From Felis catus (lineage: Eukaryota): a DNA stretch of 64,000 bases. Location of the stretch: positions 18,848,001 to 18,912,000 of the forward strand of contig NC_058369.1 of assembly GCF_018350175.1 (NCBI RefSeq), read 5' to 3'. Position 1 is the stretch's first letter, and each line of letters starts with the position of its first letter. A program made the position numbers and the translations under genes. The notes below the pieces were generated by a model. The model had not been told where the DNA came from and did no database searches. It saw only the letters and a list, made by a program, of their open reading frames with translations. This document shows, in pieces, positions 11,805 to 23,700 of the stretch.

Positions 11805-14800
11805 TCAGAGCCAGCGCCGGGCTCCTGTGAGCGTGTTGAACAGGTAATCTCTGCCTGTGCCTGAGTTCAAACGGTCAGGAGGGAGAGAGGGCACTGCTGG
11901 ACTCAGCAGAACAGCCTCCTTCCCTTAAAGGTAGGGGAAGACATTCCAGAACCCTTGGTGAGACCCTCCTTCTGCTTGATCCAACTTGTCCCTTCCCTCC
12001 TTTCTCAGCAATCCTGTGAGGTCTAGCTCAAATGCACAGGAAGCATCCTTGATTTCCCCAAACTGAACACCAGCTTCCCTAAGCCCAGTGCCAGATTAAT
12101 CTGCCATAAATCACTGATGACAATGTAATATCTGGGGGCCTTTCCCCTCACCACCGCTTCTGCCATGGGCAGGAACCAGACCAGGTCTGAGTCACCTTCT
12201 GGCCCAACAGATGTTTGAGAAACATTGGAGTGAGAACAGACCCCATTCAGGGAAAGAGTAGATAGTGGATGCCTGGTGGTAGGAGGAGACGCTGAGATGG
12301 GGTAAGGATAGAAAGTGGACCCAGGTGAAGAGTAGTTTGGGAAAAGGGGGACTCACGGGAGTCCTGTGCTCTGCCATCAAAGTGCTGCTGATGGGAAGAA
12401 TGAGAGGGGGTAATGAGTTGAGCCCTGCCCCCAGGAGCAGGTGGAGGTCTGCTCCCATAGGGGTCAGGATCCCACCTCCCTCCTCCATTCTGATGGTGCT
12501 GGCATGGGCTCTACCACAGAGGTAGCCAGCCACAAGGAAGGAGGCAGGCTTGGGAGGGGAGTCCTCTAGAGCAGTCCAGTGCCCACTATACAGGATGGTA
12601 TGTTGACGTACCAAGCTCAGGTCGACACTGCTGGGTGCCTGGGACATCTCCATTCTCGGTGCCTCCATGAACCCCTGAATGGACTCCTCAGTTCCCTGGA
12701 TGCTGGGGCAAAGTAAAAGCACGAATACAGGATAAGGCTCTTGGCCCCAGGCTGAATTTAAGAGATGGACTCTCAGGCATAGAGGTATGCAAAGGAAACT
12801 AACCCGTTTAGTAGCAAAGCCTGGGCTGGTTTGCTTGGTGTCTGATGCATCTGGACCAACCTAAAATGACAGGAGGAGGGACCAAGCAGTGAGGGCTGCA
12901 GACCTGCTGACTCCAGGAACCAGCACCATCCATCTGCCCCCGTATACTGGAGATAGCCAATGTCCACATGCAATGCCTACACTGTTACCCCACCTTCCCC
13001 TGGGTCAGTCCTGCGCCCATAAAAAACTCACCCTTAGGGGCAGAACAAGTGTCAAGTGGAGGATAGGGGTCAGGAATAGGGGCAAATGCCCAGTGCATGA
13101 TAGACTCTGAGTGTCGAGCACTGGGTCTCATCCACACCCACTCCATTCCAAGACCAAGCTGTGCCAACAATGGAGACAATTTCCCCCTAGTGCCTCTCTG
13201 CCTCTAACCTGATGACCTCTGGAGGGAGAGCAGCCCCCATTAATAGCAGTTTGCCTGCTCATCAACTTGGGCATTGTCACCAAATCTTGGTGAAAGCACC
13301 TATCACAGATGAGGTCCATTAATGGGCTGGGGCAAGAGCCCAGGAATAAGAACCCTACCCCTGGAAGAGCCTGAGGAGGAGCCAGCCCAGAGCCAAGACA
13401 AAGAGGGCGCTGGTCACTGTCAGCACCACCACAAACCAGGGCTCCGGCTGCCAGAAAGCCTCTGTGTCGGTCACAAGCAGGGGTGTCATCACTGAAGGCA
13501 CCTGAAATGGGGGCCACAGACCTGGCAAAGTGATCATCCAGCCTTCAAATCACTCCAAGGGTTGGGCTACCCCACACCCCAGAGTTGCTCTTCTGTATTG
13601 CCAGGCTCCTTATGTTCAACGGTTCCCTCTGGAATGCCTTCCCCCATAGTTCCACTTGGGGAAACTGGATCTCCTTGCCCTTCAAGATCCTTTCGTCCTA
13701 CCCCCCAAGGTCCCAAGGACCCCCTCTCACTGTGGATCTGTGGGTGCGGGTGGCCACTGTGCTGGCGCTCCAGGGAATTAGATGCACACTGACGGTGGCT
13801 GTGGTACTGAGGTGGGGGATGGAGGGACCTGCATCGGCCACACGGATCAACAGCTCATAAGTATAGAACTGCTCTGGCCAGAGAGGCCCCAACAAGATGT
13901 TGTTGTACACCAGGGTGGCTCCTTGCAGGCTGAATCGGCTCTGACTATTCCCTGAAAGCAGAACAAGGGGACCGTTGTTGGCCTTGGCCTGCTCCTTCCC
14001 CAACAGCCTGGTGGCCCCCATGATCCTCACCTCCCACAATGCTGTAGGAGAAGGCCAGACGCTGTGGCTCCTGAGGAACCCAACATGACACCTTGGTCAC
14101 CTCCACACTATGGCCCAGGAGAGCGTAGATGGTGAGTTCCTGAAATGGAGGCTGACATTCCGGGGCATGGTCGTTCACATCCTGCAGGAATATAGCCAGG
14201 TCACCCCAAATCCTCAGGCCAGCCCCTCAGTCTCCTCCAGAGCCTAGGTATCAGGCAACAGGCTCCAAAGGTTTCCATAATGAGGCACCATCCCTCTTCA
14301 ACCAACTAACGGAGGAAACTTAGGCACAGGGTGGAAAAGCAGAATGCTAGAGGAAGATGTGAACACTTTCCAATTTTTCCCAAGGCCTTGGGGCTCAATT
14401 ACCTCAACCTCAATGGTAATTGTACAGGAACCAGAGCGGTGGTGAGTGGGGTCCTGGTCTTGGCCATAGTCAATCAGCAGGACATTGAGCCTGTATAATG
14501 TCTGCAGCTCATAGTCCAAAGATCCCAGGAGATGAACCTCCCCTAAAAGAGATGCCCACAGCCTCAGCCTGCAGAGTCAACTCTGGTTCCAACCCTCCAT
14601 CCCAGCCCTGGGGTGGGAGTACCACTGAGACGGTCCACAGAAAAGATGGTAGGCCCGCCAGAGATGTAGTATTCAATGTTGTTGTGTGGGTAATCCTTGT
14701 CCATGCCCACCACAGAGCCCAGCAGAGTGTGGGGCCCTGCATCTTCCCGGATCCGGAACTTGTGTGGGACACAGGCTGGGGAGAACTCGTTCACAGGAGT

Positions 14801-17800
14801 CACCATCACCAGTACTGGCACTTCAGCTGGAGGCCATTTGACAGTCAAGGAGCTGGCATGGGGTGCCCAGCCATTCTCTAGGGTCTAAGGGGGGAGACAT
14901 GGCCCTGCCCTGGGGGTTTAAGGAGGGAGAGGGTCTGGAAGGAGGACGAACAATAGCCATTCCTCCCTGGGTGGGGAGGTGTCTAGGAGAGGAGACATAT
15001 GTCCCACCCTAGGGAGACAACTGTGCCCTATTGATTTCTGTGGGAGGAGAGGTGACCCTATCTTAAGGATGGGGAGAGAGGTACAGAACAGCCCTGTCCT
15101 GGATGTCCAGGCCTGGGCATGGTTACTCACTGGTCATCAGGGGCTGACCACCATCGAGCACCAGGATGGAGGCTGCATGCTGAAAGCAGGCCCCACGAGC
15201 ATCACAGTCCAGTGTGGCATTCACCTGGCCAGAGGGGCCACAGAGTGAGGCTGAGTCAAGGCCTAGAAAAGTCTAGAGCCACACTGGGCCACCTCAGGTC
15301 AGGGCAACCACACATGGTCAACCCTGAGCCTCTGCTTTCCAGCTCTGTGGGTGCAGATTGGCTCCACCACCATCTCCCTCATGGCAATGGTCTCAGCTCC
15401 CACAGACCTTTGCCCCCCGACCCCTCCACCTTACAGTCCCCAGCACCCTGCATGTGGGTCAGGAGGCAGGGGCTGGGCACCTCCAGGACCCTGTCTCGAA
15501 GGCAGAGGCTAGCTGAGCCAGGAGGGCTGTGGAACTGCAGCTGGTAGTCGAGGATGGAGCCGGGAGAGTCTGGATCAGCACAAGTGAAGGTGTTCAGCAC
15601 GGTGCCCACCGGCGTGGTCTCGGGGATTTGAGTCCTGGGAGCAGAATGCCGGCGGCAGGGCAAAAGTCAGTCTGGACCAGGAGAACCATGGTTCTCATCC
15701 CTATAGCTTACGTAAGGTTCCTGTATACTCACACCAGCATCGCTGGGAGGCAGCGCGGAGGCCAGCGGTTGACCGAGCGCACGTTCACCGTGAGCTCGAG
15801 CTCCACGCTGGCCCACGGCCTGAGCCGTTCGTAGGCCTTCACTCGCAGTCTAGTGACCGCCGCGCCCGCGGCCTGCGCTAACTCCAGAGGCGCGGTGGTG
15901 CGAATCACACCGTCGGCTGGGCGGGGTAGGGGCGGGGAATGCTGAGTTTAGACCCGCCCCCAGGTGGGTTTGGTCCCCACCCTCACACCTAATCCACCCT
16001 CAGCGGGAGGGGGCTGAGTCTGGCCACCCCAGCTGCCTCCTCCAAGGCTCGCCTCTAATTCTAGCCCGGCCCCCAAACGGCACCGCGCCCGTGTCTGCCT
16101 GGGTTTCAGCCCCGTTTCTCAGCAGGGCGAGGAGGTAGTGCGGATCACTGTGGACCAGCCTGGGAGGCATCCCGCACCGCTCCCCACTATGCCCCTCACC
16201 ACGTCCGATGGAGAAGAGGGGGCAGGGCACCGGGGAGAGGATTTCGTAGCGCACGTCGAAGCCCCGGGCCCGGACCTGAACCACCTTACCCCCGGGGGGC
16301 AGGTCCTCCAGGATGGTGATATTCGAGGCTTGCTTCCTGGACCAAAAGGGGGAAACTAGCTATGCCCTTTCCCGCTACCCCTGGCCCTGCCGGCGTGCCC
16401 CTCCCCCGGGGCTTCCCTCATACCCAAGCTAGCTGGGGACACCCCAGCAACCCCACCCCTTAACCTCACTCCCAATTCCCTGGGGCTAGGCCATGTCTCC
16501 TTCACTGTACTCAGGGTAGGGGAGCCTTACAGGAAAGAGATCAGGCTGGAGGGAACAGGCAAAACTTTCACTTTGAGCATCCCAAGGCAGCTTCGATTTT
16601 GTCCAAAAGTCACCAAAATCTGAAGCTGGAAGACCTGCAGTGCACACAGAACAGTAAGGGAACTACAGTGTGTGTATACCTGTATGTCTATGCCCAGTCG
16701 TCCCTTCAAATAGCAACCGCCCCCCCCCCCAACCTGGGGCCCTCCACAAGGAGCCCCCACTCCCACCCCATGATCTCTATGCTTACAGGCACTCCTTTAA
16801 GTCCCATTCTTGGGGCCATAAATATTTCCTTTAGGATGCAAACAGCTCAAAGAAGTGTGATATCTGAGTTATTCACAATGAAACATCATTTAGAGTTACT
16901 AAGAGCCAGTCACTAAAACATGGAATTTTAAAGAAGGAACTTCTCAGGGCACCTGGGTGGCTCAGTAGATTAAGCATTGGACTCTTGATTTTGGCTCAAG
17001 TTATGATCTCACAACTCATGAGTTTGAGCCCTGCATAGGGCTCTGTGCTGACAGTGCAGAGCCTGCTTGGGATTCTCTCTCTCCCTCTCTCTCTTCTCCT
17101 TTCCCACTTGCACTTTTTCTCTCAAAACAAATAAATAAACTTTTTTTAAAAAAAGGAATGGAAATTTTAAAGAAAGAATTTCTCAGGACTCCTGGGTGGA
17201 TCAGTTGGTTAGGCATCTGACTCTTGATTTCAGCTCAGGTCATGATCTCACGGGTTGGTTCGTGAGTTCAAGCCCCGCATCTGGCTCTGCTCTGACAGTG
17301 CAGAGCCTTCTTGGGATTCTTTCTCGCTCCCTCTCCCTCTGCTCCGCCCCTGCTCACACTCTTTCTCAAAATAAATAAATAAACTTCAAAAGCAAAAAAC
17401 AAAAACAAAACTTTTAATGTTTAATTTTTTTAATGTTTATTTATTTTTGAGAGAGACAGAGACAGAATGCGAGTGGGTTAGGGGCAGAGAGAGACACACA
17501 CACAGAATCCGAAGCAGGCTCCAGGCTCCGAGCTGTCAGCACAGAGCCCGACGCGGGGCCCGAACTCACAAGCTCATGACCTGAGCTGAAGTCGGACGCT
17601 CAACCGACTGAGCCACCCAGGCACCCCGACAAAACTTTTAATGTTTAAAAAAATAATAACAACGAAGGAATTTCTCTAGCCTTCTCCAGATTGTACTAGC
17701 CACTTTACCCAGAACTTTCTCTTCCTGTGTGAATGTTTTGAACATTCTCAATTCTATTAGAGGCATGAGGGGCTCCCTTTTCTTTCTGGAACTCCAGAAC

Positions 17801-19665
17801 CCATCACAGAACCAGGCAAATGTGGGAGAATAGCCATCATGTGGCAGCATGTACAGGTGGCTATGTCTGAACACGAGGCAGCAAAATCTAGGAGGCCAAG
17901 AACAAACAAACCTCCAGGAAGTGGTGGCTCTGTCCATTGTGTGCCCCATCCATGGGTATCCCCAGGTCCCAAGTCATGCTCACCTTTTCAGCCTGGCCTT
18001 TGAGGCCCTGGGATGGCACCAGCAGCCAACCTTGACCATTGATGGAGAAAGGTCCAGGAAAGTATGGAGGGTCCTGGGCACTGATGATATTTATCTGACG
18101 GGACAGAGATGCTAGAAGCCCCAGCCTCAGCCCCCAGTGCCCCACAGCATCCTTGCCAAAATCCCCCAGCAACCTAGCAAGTACCTGTCCACACCAAACC
18201 CTCCCATACCCCGATACAGGGTGGGTCCCCAACCTCCACCCCTGGCCCCGATCCTCAATCTTCTCTGGTTTTAAACCAATTATTTTGCTTTTTAAACTGC
18301 ATTTATTTTGGGGATTACAAAAGTAACACAATTTTCAGGGAGAATTCAGTACACACAGAGAACATGAAAGAACACAAGCCCCTGAGATGTCCTTATAGGA
18401 ACAGCCATGGTCTTTGGGGATGGGCAGCCAACAGCGGCTCTCTCCAAGAACATACATCACGCAGAGGCTTAGCTGACACTAAAGTGTTCCTCTGCTGGGC
18501 GGGGGGGGGGGGGGGGGGGGGGGGGCGGGGGGGAGTGGCTAGAGAGGGGCTGGGACAAGAAGGGGCCCAGTTTGGTCTCCCCATGTGCCTCCCTCATTCT
18601 GTTCCCCACTACCTATGTGCTGGGCTCACCTGGGCACGCTGGACTTCCAGGCCTGGCAGCAGCAGAGTGTACAGTCTGGCCCCAGGTGTGACTGTTTCCA
18701 GAACCTGAATGATTTCTCCAGCTAGCCAGAGGAGAGGTCAGGGAGGCTTTGTTCAGGCCATGCCTGCCCACCCCCTGCCTGCTGCCCCTGGCCTCACCTG
18801 GGCTGGCAAATCGGCCAGCACATGCACTATGACCAGGGTCCCGCCGCACATCCACAGAGAGTGGTCCCTCCATCACATGGTTGCCGCATGTGAACCGCAG
18901 CTGCAGCTTATAGTGATTCACCGATAGAGCATCCAGCCGGGCCGAGCTGCTTAAGGTCACCTGTGGCAGGTAGGCAGTGCATGTGGGACTGTAGGCTCTC
19001 CACCCCCCTATACTGCCTGTGGCTTTGTGAATTTAGGGACTGCCCGTGTTCCCCCATGGCTCCCATCTGTGCCCATGACCCTACCATGCCCACATAGATC
19101 CCCTGCCACCTGGTCAGGCTGGGTGGGTTGAAGAAGGTGGTGGGTGGCTGCACATGGACCAACTGCAGGGTGGGCATGTGAGAAGTGCAGTTGAAGGAGA
19201 AGGACTGAAGGATCGTGCCGGGTCCCTGGCTCTCAGAGACATTTATGAACCAGGGCAGGCAGTGGAGTTCTGTGAAGAAGAGACAATTCAGACTGGAGGT
19301 CCCCCCACACACAAGCATAGTCCTGACCTTCTCCCTCAGGGCCTGGTCACATCTAGGGGCCAAGCAGCCAAAACTCTTCCTTGTCCCCCATATCCAACAA
19401 TGGCATAGCTCATTTCACAGACGTGAGCACTTGGTTGAGGAAGCAGCCATGATAAGAAATGAGGGTCAGGGAGTTAGATCTTTGCCCTTTTCCCTTGCTC
19501 TCCCCCAGCCCCTGCACTCCATGGTAGCTTATCCAAGAAGGGTCACAATTCCACTCCAGTGTGGAATGGGGGGTTGGGCGTGAGAACTGGGGTTCCCCCA
19601 CCCACCAGCTCCTCACCAGAGACAGTCAGAGCAAGCAGAAGCGTCAGGATCCTGAGCAGTGCCAT
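11805..19665 (-). CDS. CDHR4: Cadherin-related family member 4, 19 coding exons, 787-788 aa
   Basis: Exons 5'->3': 19665-19617, 19269-19085, 18960-18798, 18721-18630, 18094-17984, 16634-16531, 16336-16200, 15916-15733, 15634-15481, 15224-15131, 14826-14623, 14542-14403, 14181-14031, 13951-13731, 13501-13359, 12860-12804, 12702-12612, 12387(or 12384)-12357, 11860-11805. All GT-AG, phases consistent. Signal peptide MALLRILTLLLALTVS, cadherin motifs (PE..PVGT, DxD, LDYE, DVNDHAP), TM segment WFVVVLTVTSALFVLALGWLLL, C-terminus GRDYLFNTLTGARRWL*. Confidence 0.95.
15730..16420. promoter_or_regulatory. Intragenic CpG island over CDHR4 exons 7-8
   Basis: Sharp local CpG enrichment, with GC boxes GGGGCGGGG (~15929) and CCCGCCCC (~15953) in intron 7. 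Confidence 0.6.
16947..17627. mobile_element. Cluster of three Can-SINEs in CDHR4 intron 5 (+,+,-)
   Basis: 16947-17155 +, 17185-17405 +, 17424-17627 -. The last has TSD acaaaacttttaatgttta. Confidence 0.85.
18501..18533. repeat. Poly-G tract (G-quadruplex-prone)
   Basis: About 32 G interrupted by one C, in CDHR4 intron 4. Confidence 0.85.
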
Positions 19666-20326
19666 AGTGGCCTCAAGACGCAGACAGCAGAGGAGACTCC
19701 AGAAGACCAGCTCACCCCGTTGTCAGGCTCACCCCGTTGTCAGGTGAGTCGCTTAAACACAGCTGGGCAGGCTGCACTCCTGAGCCTCCCAGATTCTAGC
19801 TCCGCCCATCCCTGGTGACTTGAGCTCTAGACTCCAGGCAGGCATTAAGAGATCTGGACAACCCCAGGTTTCACTGCTTCTGATGAATCCCTCCGTTCTT
19901 ACTACAACCCAAAGGAAATGTTAGGGGAAAAGGATCAAATTTCAGGTAGGGAAACTGAGGTTCAGGGAAGTAAGTCTCAGTCATGCAGTCCTTGGAGACA
20001 GCACAAGCACAGCACCCAGGAAAACTGGGCTCAGGATTTGCTACCCCACAGAGTCCAAGCCCCAGTTGCCCACTTCCCCTCACCATTAAAACATTATCTG
20101 TCTACAAAATCTGAGCCCAGCCATCAACAAAATCTCTTAAAAGTTGTCTACATTCAAGAAGCAAAAAGAATCCTTGGTGATATAAATCAAATTAGTGGTT
20201 ATGTGGGGGGGGGGATATCAACTGGAGGGGGCACAAAGTGGCCTCTTGGAGGAGCTGGGGACAGTTTCTACCTTGATCTAGGTGACAGATGCATAAGTGT
20301 CTACAGACTTTAACATTTATTGAGCT

Positions 20327-21068
20327 GGGGGCACCTGGGTGGCTTAGCCGGTTAAGTGTCCAACTCTTGGTTAGGCTCAGGTCATGATCTCATGGCTTTG
20401 TGGGTTTGAGCCGTGCATCAGGCTCTGTGTTGCCANNNNNNNNNNNNNNNNNNNNNNNNNNNNNNNNNNNNNNNNNNNNNNNNNNNNNNNNNNNNNNNNN
20501 NNNNNNNNNNNNNNNNNNNNNNNNNNNNNNNNNNNNNNNNNNNNNNNNNNNNNNNNNNNNNNNNNNNATTGAGGGGTGCCTGGGTGACTCAGTCAGTTAA
20601 GCATCTGACTCCAGCTCAGGTCATGATCTCACGGTTTGTAAGTTTGAGCCCCACATCAGGCTCTCTGCTGACAGCTCAGAGCCTGGAGCCTGCTTCAGAT
20701 TCTATGTCTCATTCTCTCTCTGCCTCCCCACTTATGCTCTGCCTCTTTCTGTCTCTCGAAAATAAATACATGTAAATTTTTTTTTTAATTTATTGAGCTG
20801 TACCTTTGAGAGTTGTCCAATTGTTATATTTATGCTATATGTCAATTTTTAAATTTTTTTATTTTTTAAAGTTCATTTATTCTGAGAGAGAGAAAGAGAG
20901 AGAGAGAGAGAAGAGGGGCAGAAAGAGAAGAGAGAGAACATCTCAAGCAGGCTCTGCACTGTCAGCCCAGAGCCTGATGTGGGGCTCAAACTCATAAACC
21001 TGTGAGATCATGACCTAGGCCAAAATCAAGAGTCAGACATTTAACAGACTGAGCCACCCAGATGCCCC
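20327..21068. mobile_element. Can-SINE cluster (+,+,-)
   Basis: SINE heads at ~20327 and ~20573; antisense copy ~20845-21068. Confidence 0.82.
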
Positions 21069-21199
21069 AAATTTATATGTCAATTTTTAAAAAGTTGTTT
21101 ACACTTGCTCTTTCCAGTTCTTCATCTCTCACTTGCTTCTGCCCCACTATCATCATGTTCGTCTCTCCCTTCATGAAACTGCCCTGTTGGAGTCCTCAG

Positions 21200-22420
21200 A
21201 GACCTGCATACTGCCAGCTTCAGCAATTCATTCTCCAATCTTATCTCCTTGGTAGCATTTGACACTTGCTCCCTTGGCTCCTAAAGTGCCCACACTCTGT
21301 TTCCTCCCACCTCCCCAGCTGCTCCTGCTTAGCTCCTTTGCTGGTTCTGCTTTCCTACTACCACCCAGAGGAGTGTTCCAGGACTCAGTCCTGACTGCTG
21401 CCCTCCTCTGTCTATACTCACTTCTCCCATCTCCAAGTCAATGGCCTTAAATACCATCCACTCACTTTGCCTCCCAGATCTAAGGCTTCAGTGCTGATTT
21501 CTCTCCCACATTCCAGAGTCACCCAGTGGCTGACCTGGCATCTCATATAGGATGTCTAACAGGCATCTCAAGGGTCACATGTCCACAAATAATCATTTGG
21601 TTTTCCTCCCCAAACCCGTTCTTCTCCAGTCTTTCCTGGATCAATTCACAGCAATTCCATCCAACCAGTTGTTCAGGCCAGAAATCTAGGAGTCATGCTA
21701 GATGCTCCTCTTTCCCTACTCATATTCATACATCAGCAAAACTTGATATTAACTCCAGAACATACCCCAAATTCACCCCCTTCTGTGCCCCAGCCCCACG
21801 CAGACCCAGGCCCTCCCTTCTCTTGGTGGATGAGGGCAGGAGCCTCCACTCTGATCACAGAGTGGTTCTCCTAAAGCAGATGGGATTATTTAAACAGGAG
21901 CCAGCCCAGGCCATTCCCTGCTCAAAAGTCCCAGTGCTCCCCCATCGCACCACAAACAAATCCCTATATTTCTAAGGCCGCTAGGAGACTGGTTTTGCTG
22001 ATCTCCTCATCCCCCCAACTACCACTGTCTAGACACTTGGTCCTTCTTTGTCTTAAGCCCTGTCAAAATCCTCTCTTGTCCGGGCCTTTAACTGGCTGAT
22101 CCATCTGCCTAGAATACCCCTCTTTTTTTTAAGTGTATTTTTATTTATTTTAATAGAGATATAGAGAGCAATTGGGGGAGGGGCAAAGAGAGAGGGAGAC
22201 AGAATCCCAAGCAGGCAGCAGTACGCTGTCAGCGCAGAGCCCCATGGCCAAACCGTGAGATCATGACCTGAATCAAAGTCAAGAGTCAGACCCTCAGCCG
22301 ACTGAGCCACCCAGGTTCCCCTAGAATACCCCTCTTCTTTATCTCCCATGATGGCTCACTCAGATCACATACAGAATGCTGCCTCCTCTGAGTCCCCTCT
22401 CCCAAACAAGCCCGTCTGCC
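21200..22420. mobile_element. Degenerate LINE-2 fragments with an inserted antisense SINE (22123-22321)
   Basis: L2-like motifs (gcatttgacac; ggatgtctaacaggcatctcaa; tcaggccagaaatctaggagtcat). SINE TSD ctagaatacccctct. Confidence 0.6.
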
Positions 22421-22499
22421 CCCCCATTTCCGGTATTTTTCTGTCTACTGATTAGTCTTGTCTCAAGTTAGACTGTATCCTCGAACCTAGCCTTGGATC

Positions 22500-23700
22500 C
22501 TGGAGTGGTCTCCAGGAACGGACTCGGACCATTCTGGGCAGAGAGCGCCGCCCTAACCCTCCTGCTCTCACTCTCCGTAGGCTAGTGGTGCGGGCAGAGG
22601 GAATGCGGATGTTGCGGCAGGAATCGCGGCTAACCGAGCCCTCCCCACTAGAGGGCGGCCCCGCCTTGCTTGGCCCAGATGCAGGACCGAGAGGGTGCGG
22701 GCTGGGCTTTGGCTGAAGCCCCTGCTCTGTGCTGCCGCAAGGTCCAGAGCTCCTGGAGTCCTCATTGGGGCCGGACCCTCCCATCACTTCCAGGGTCTGT
22801 CGAGGCCGGTTTCAGGACCGAATACAGTAGGTCGCGCCAGGAATGGGCCACAACACTGCTAGATCGACGGCTGGGGGCGCTCTGTCCTCACGTGGGCGTA
22901 GCCACCGGATCCGCGAGCTCTTGAGGCCCCCTGCGGGAGGGACTGCAGTTCTATCCCGGGAAAAACGGGGAAGCTGAGGCTACTGCGGGGAAGTGACTTG
23001 TCCTAGGTGAAGCAGCGAACCTGGAGTGAGCTGAACCGCCCAGGGTGGTCGGGGAAGTCCCAGGCCAGACCCGCCCGGGTTCGAGACACAACCCAGCCCC
23101 TCGCCCCCAGAGCTCGCGGGGAGTGGGGAGTGGGCGTCAGGCACATCCACCCGTCAGTGCCCGAGGGGCGGGACCACTTCAGTCCCTCCCCGGCCCCATT
23201 GGCTGCGGCACCAGGGGCGGGGCGCGGCTGCCAGATGTTGGGGCGGTGGCGGCGGCGGGAGCTACGGAGAGCGAGGAGCCGCGGCGCCAGTCAGAGGGCC
23301 AGGGTGCCGCTGGCCGGCCCGCTGGGCCCGTTCCGCGCCGGTCCCGCTGGAGTTCGAAGAGGAACTGGCAGGCCTGGCGGGGGCTCCGGCACGGGCATGC
23401 ATAGCGCTCGGCTTGACAGCTTCCTGAGCCAGCTCCGCTGGGAACTGGTGAGACTTGGGAGCGGGTGTGGCTTGTGAGGACGCGTGTGGGGTGCCCAGCT
23501 GCCGTCCGGCCCGAACGACACACGGGTAGGGGGCCGTCCCGAGTGCCCATCCAAGGCGGGATGGGGGCGGGGAGGCGCAGATGGCCCAGATGGCCCGCAT
23601 CGGGTTTCGGACTGTTGGGGGCTGCCCTGGGCATCAAGTAACAGCCGCCCAGCTGGCCAAGCTGCTGGGGCGGCTGAGGATGGTGGCGGGGAGAAATTTA
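22500..23700. promoter_or_regulatory. INKA1 CpG-island promoter with CTCF-like site, GC boxes and inverted CCAAT
   Basis: CpG-rich. CCACTAGAGGGCGGC at 22645-22659, ATTGG near 23198, GGGGCGGGGCG at ~23215-23225. Confidence 0.75.
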
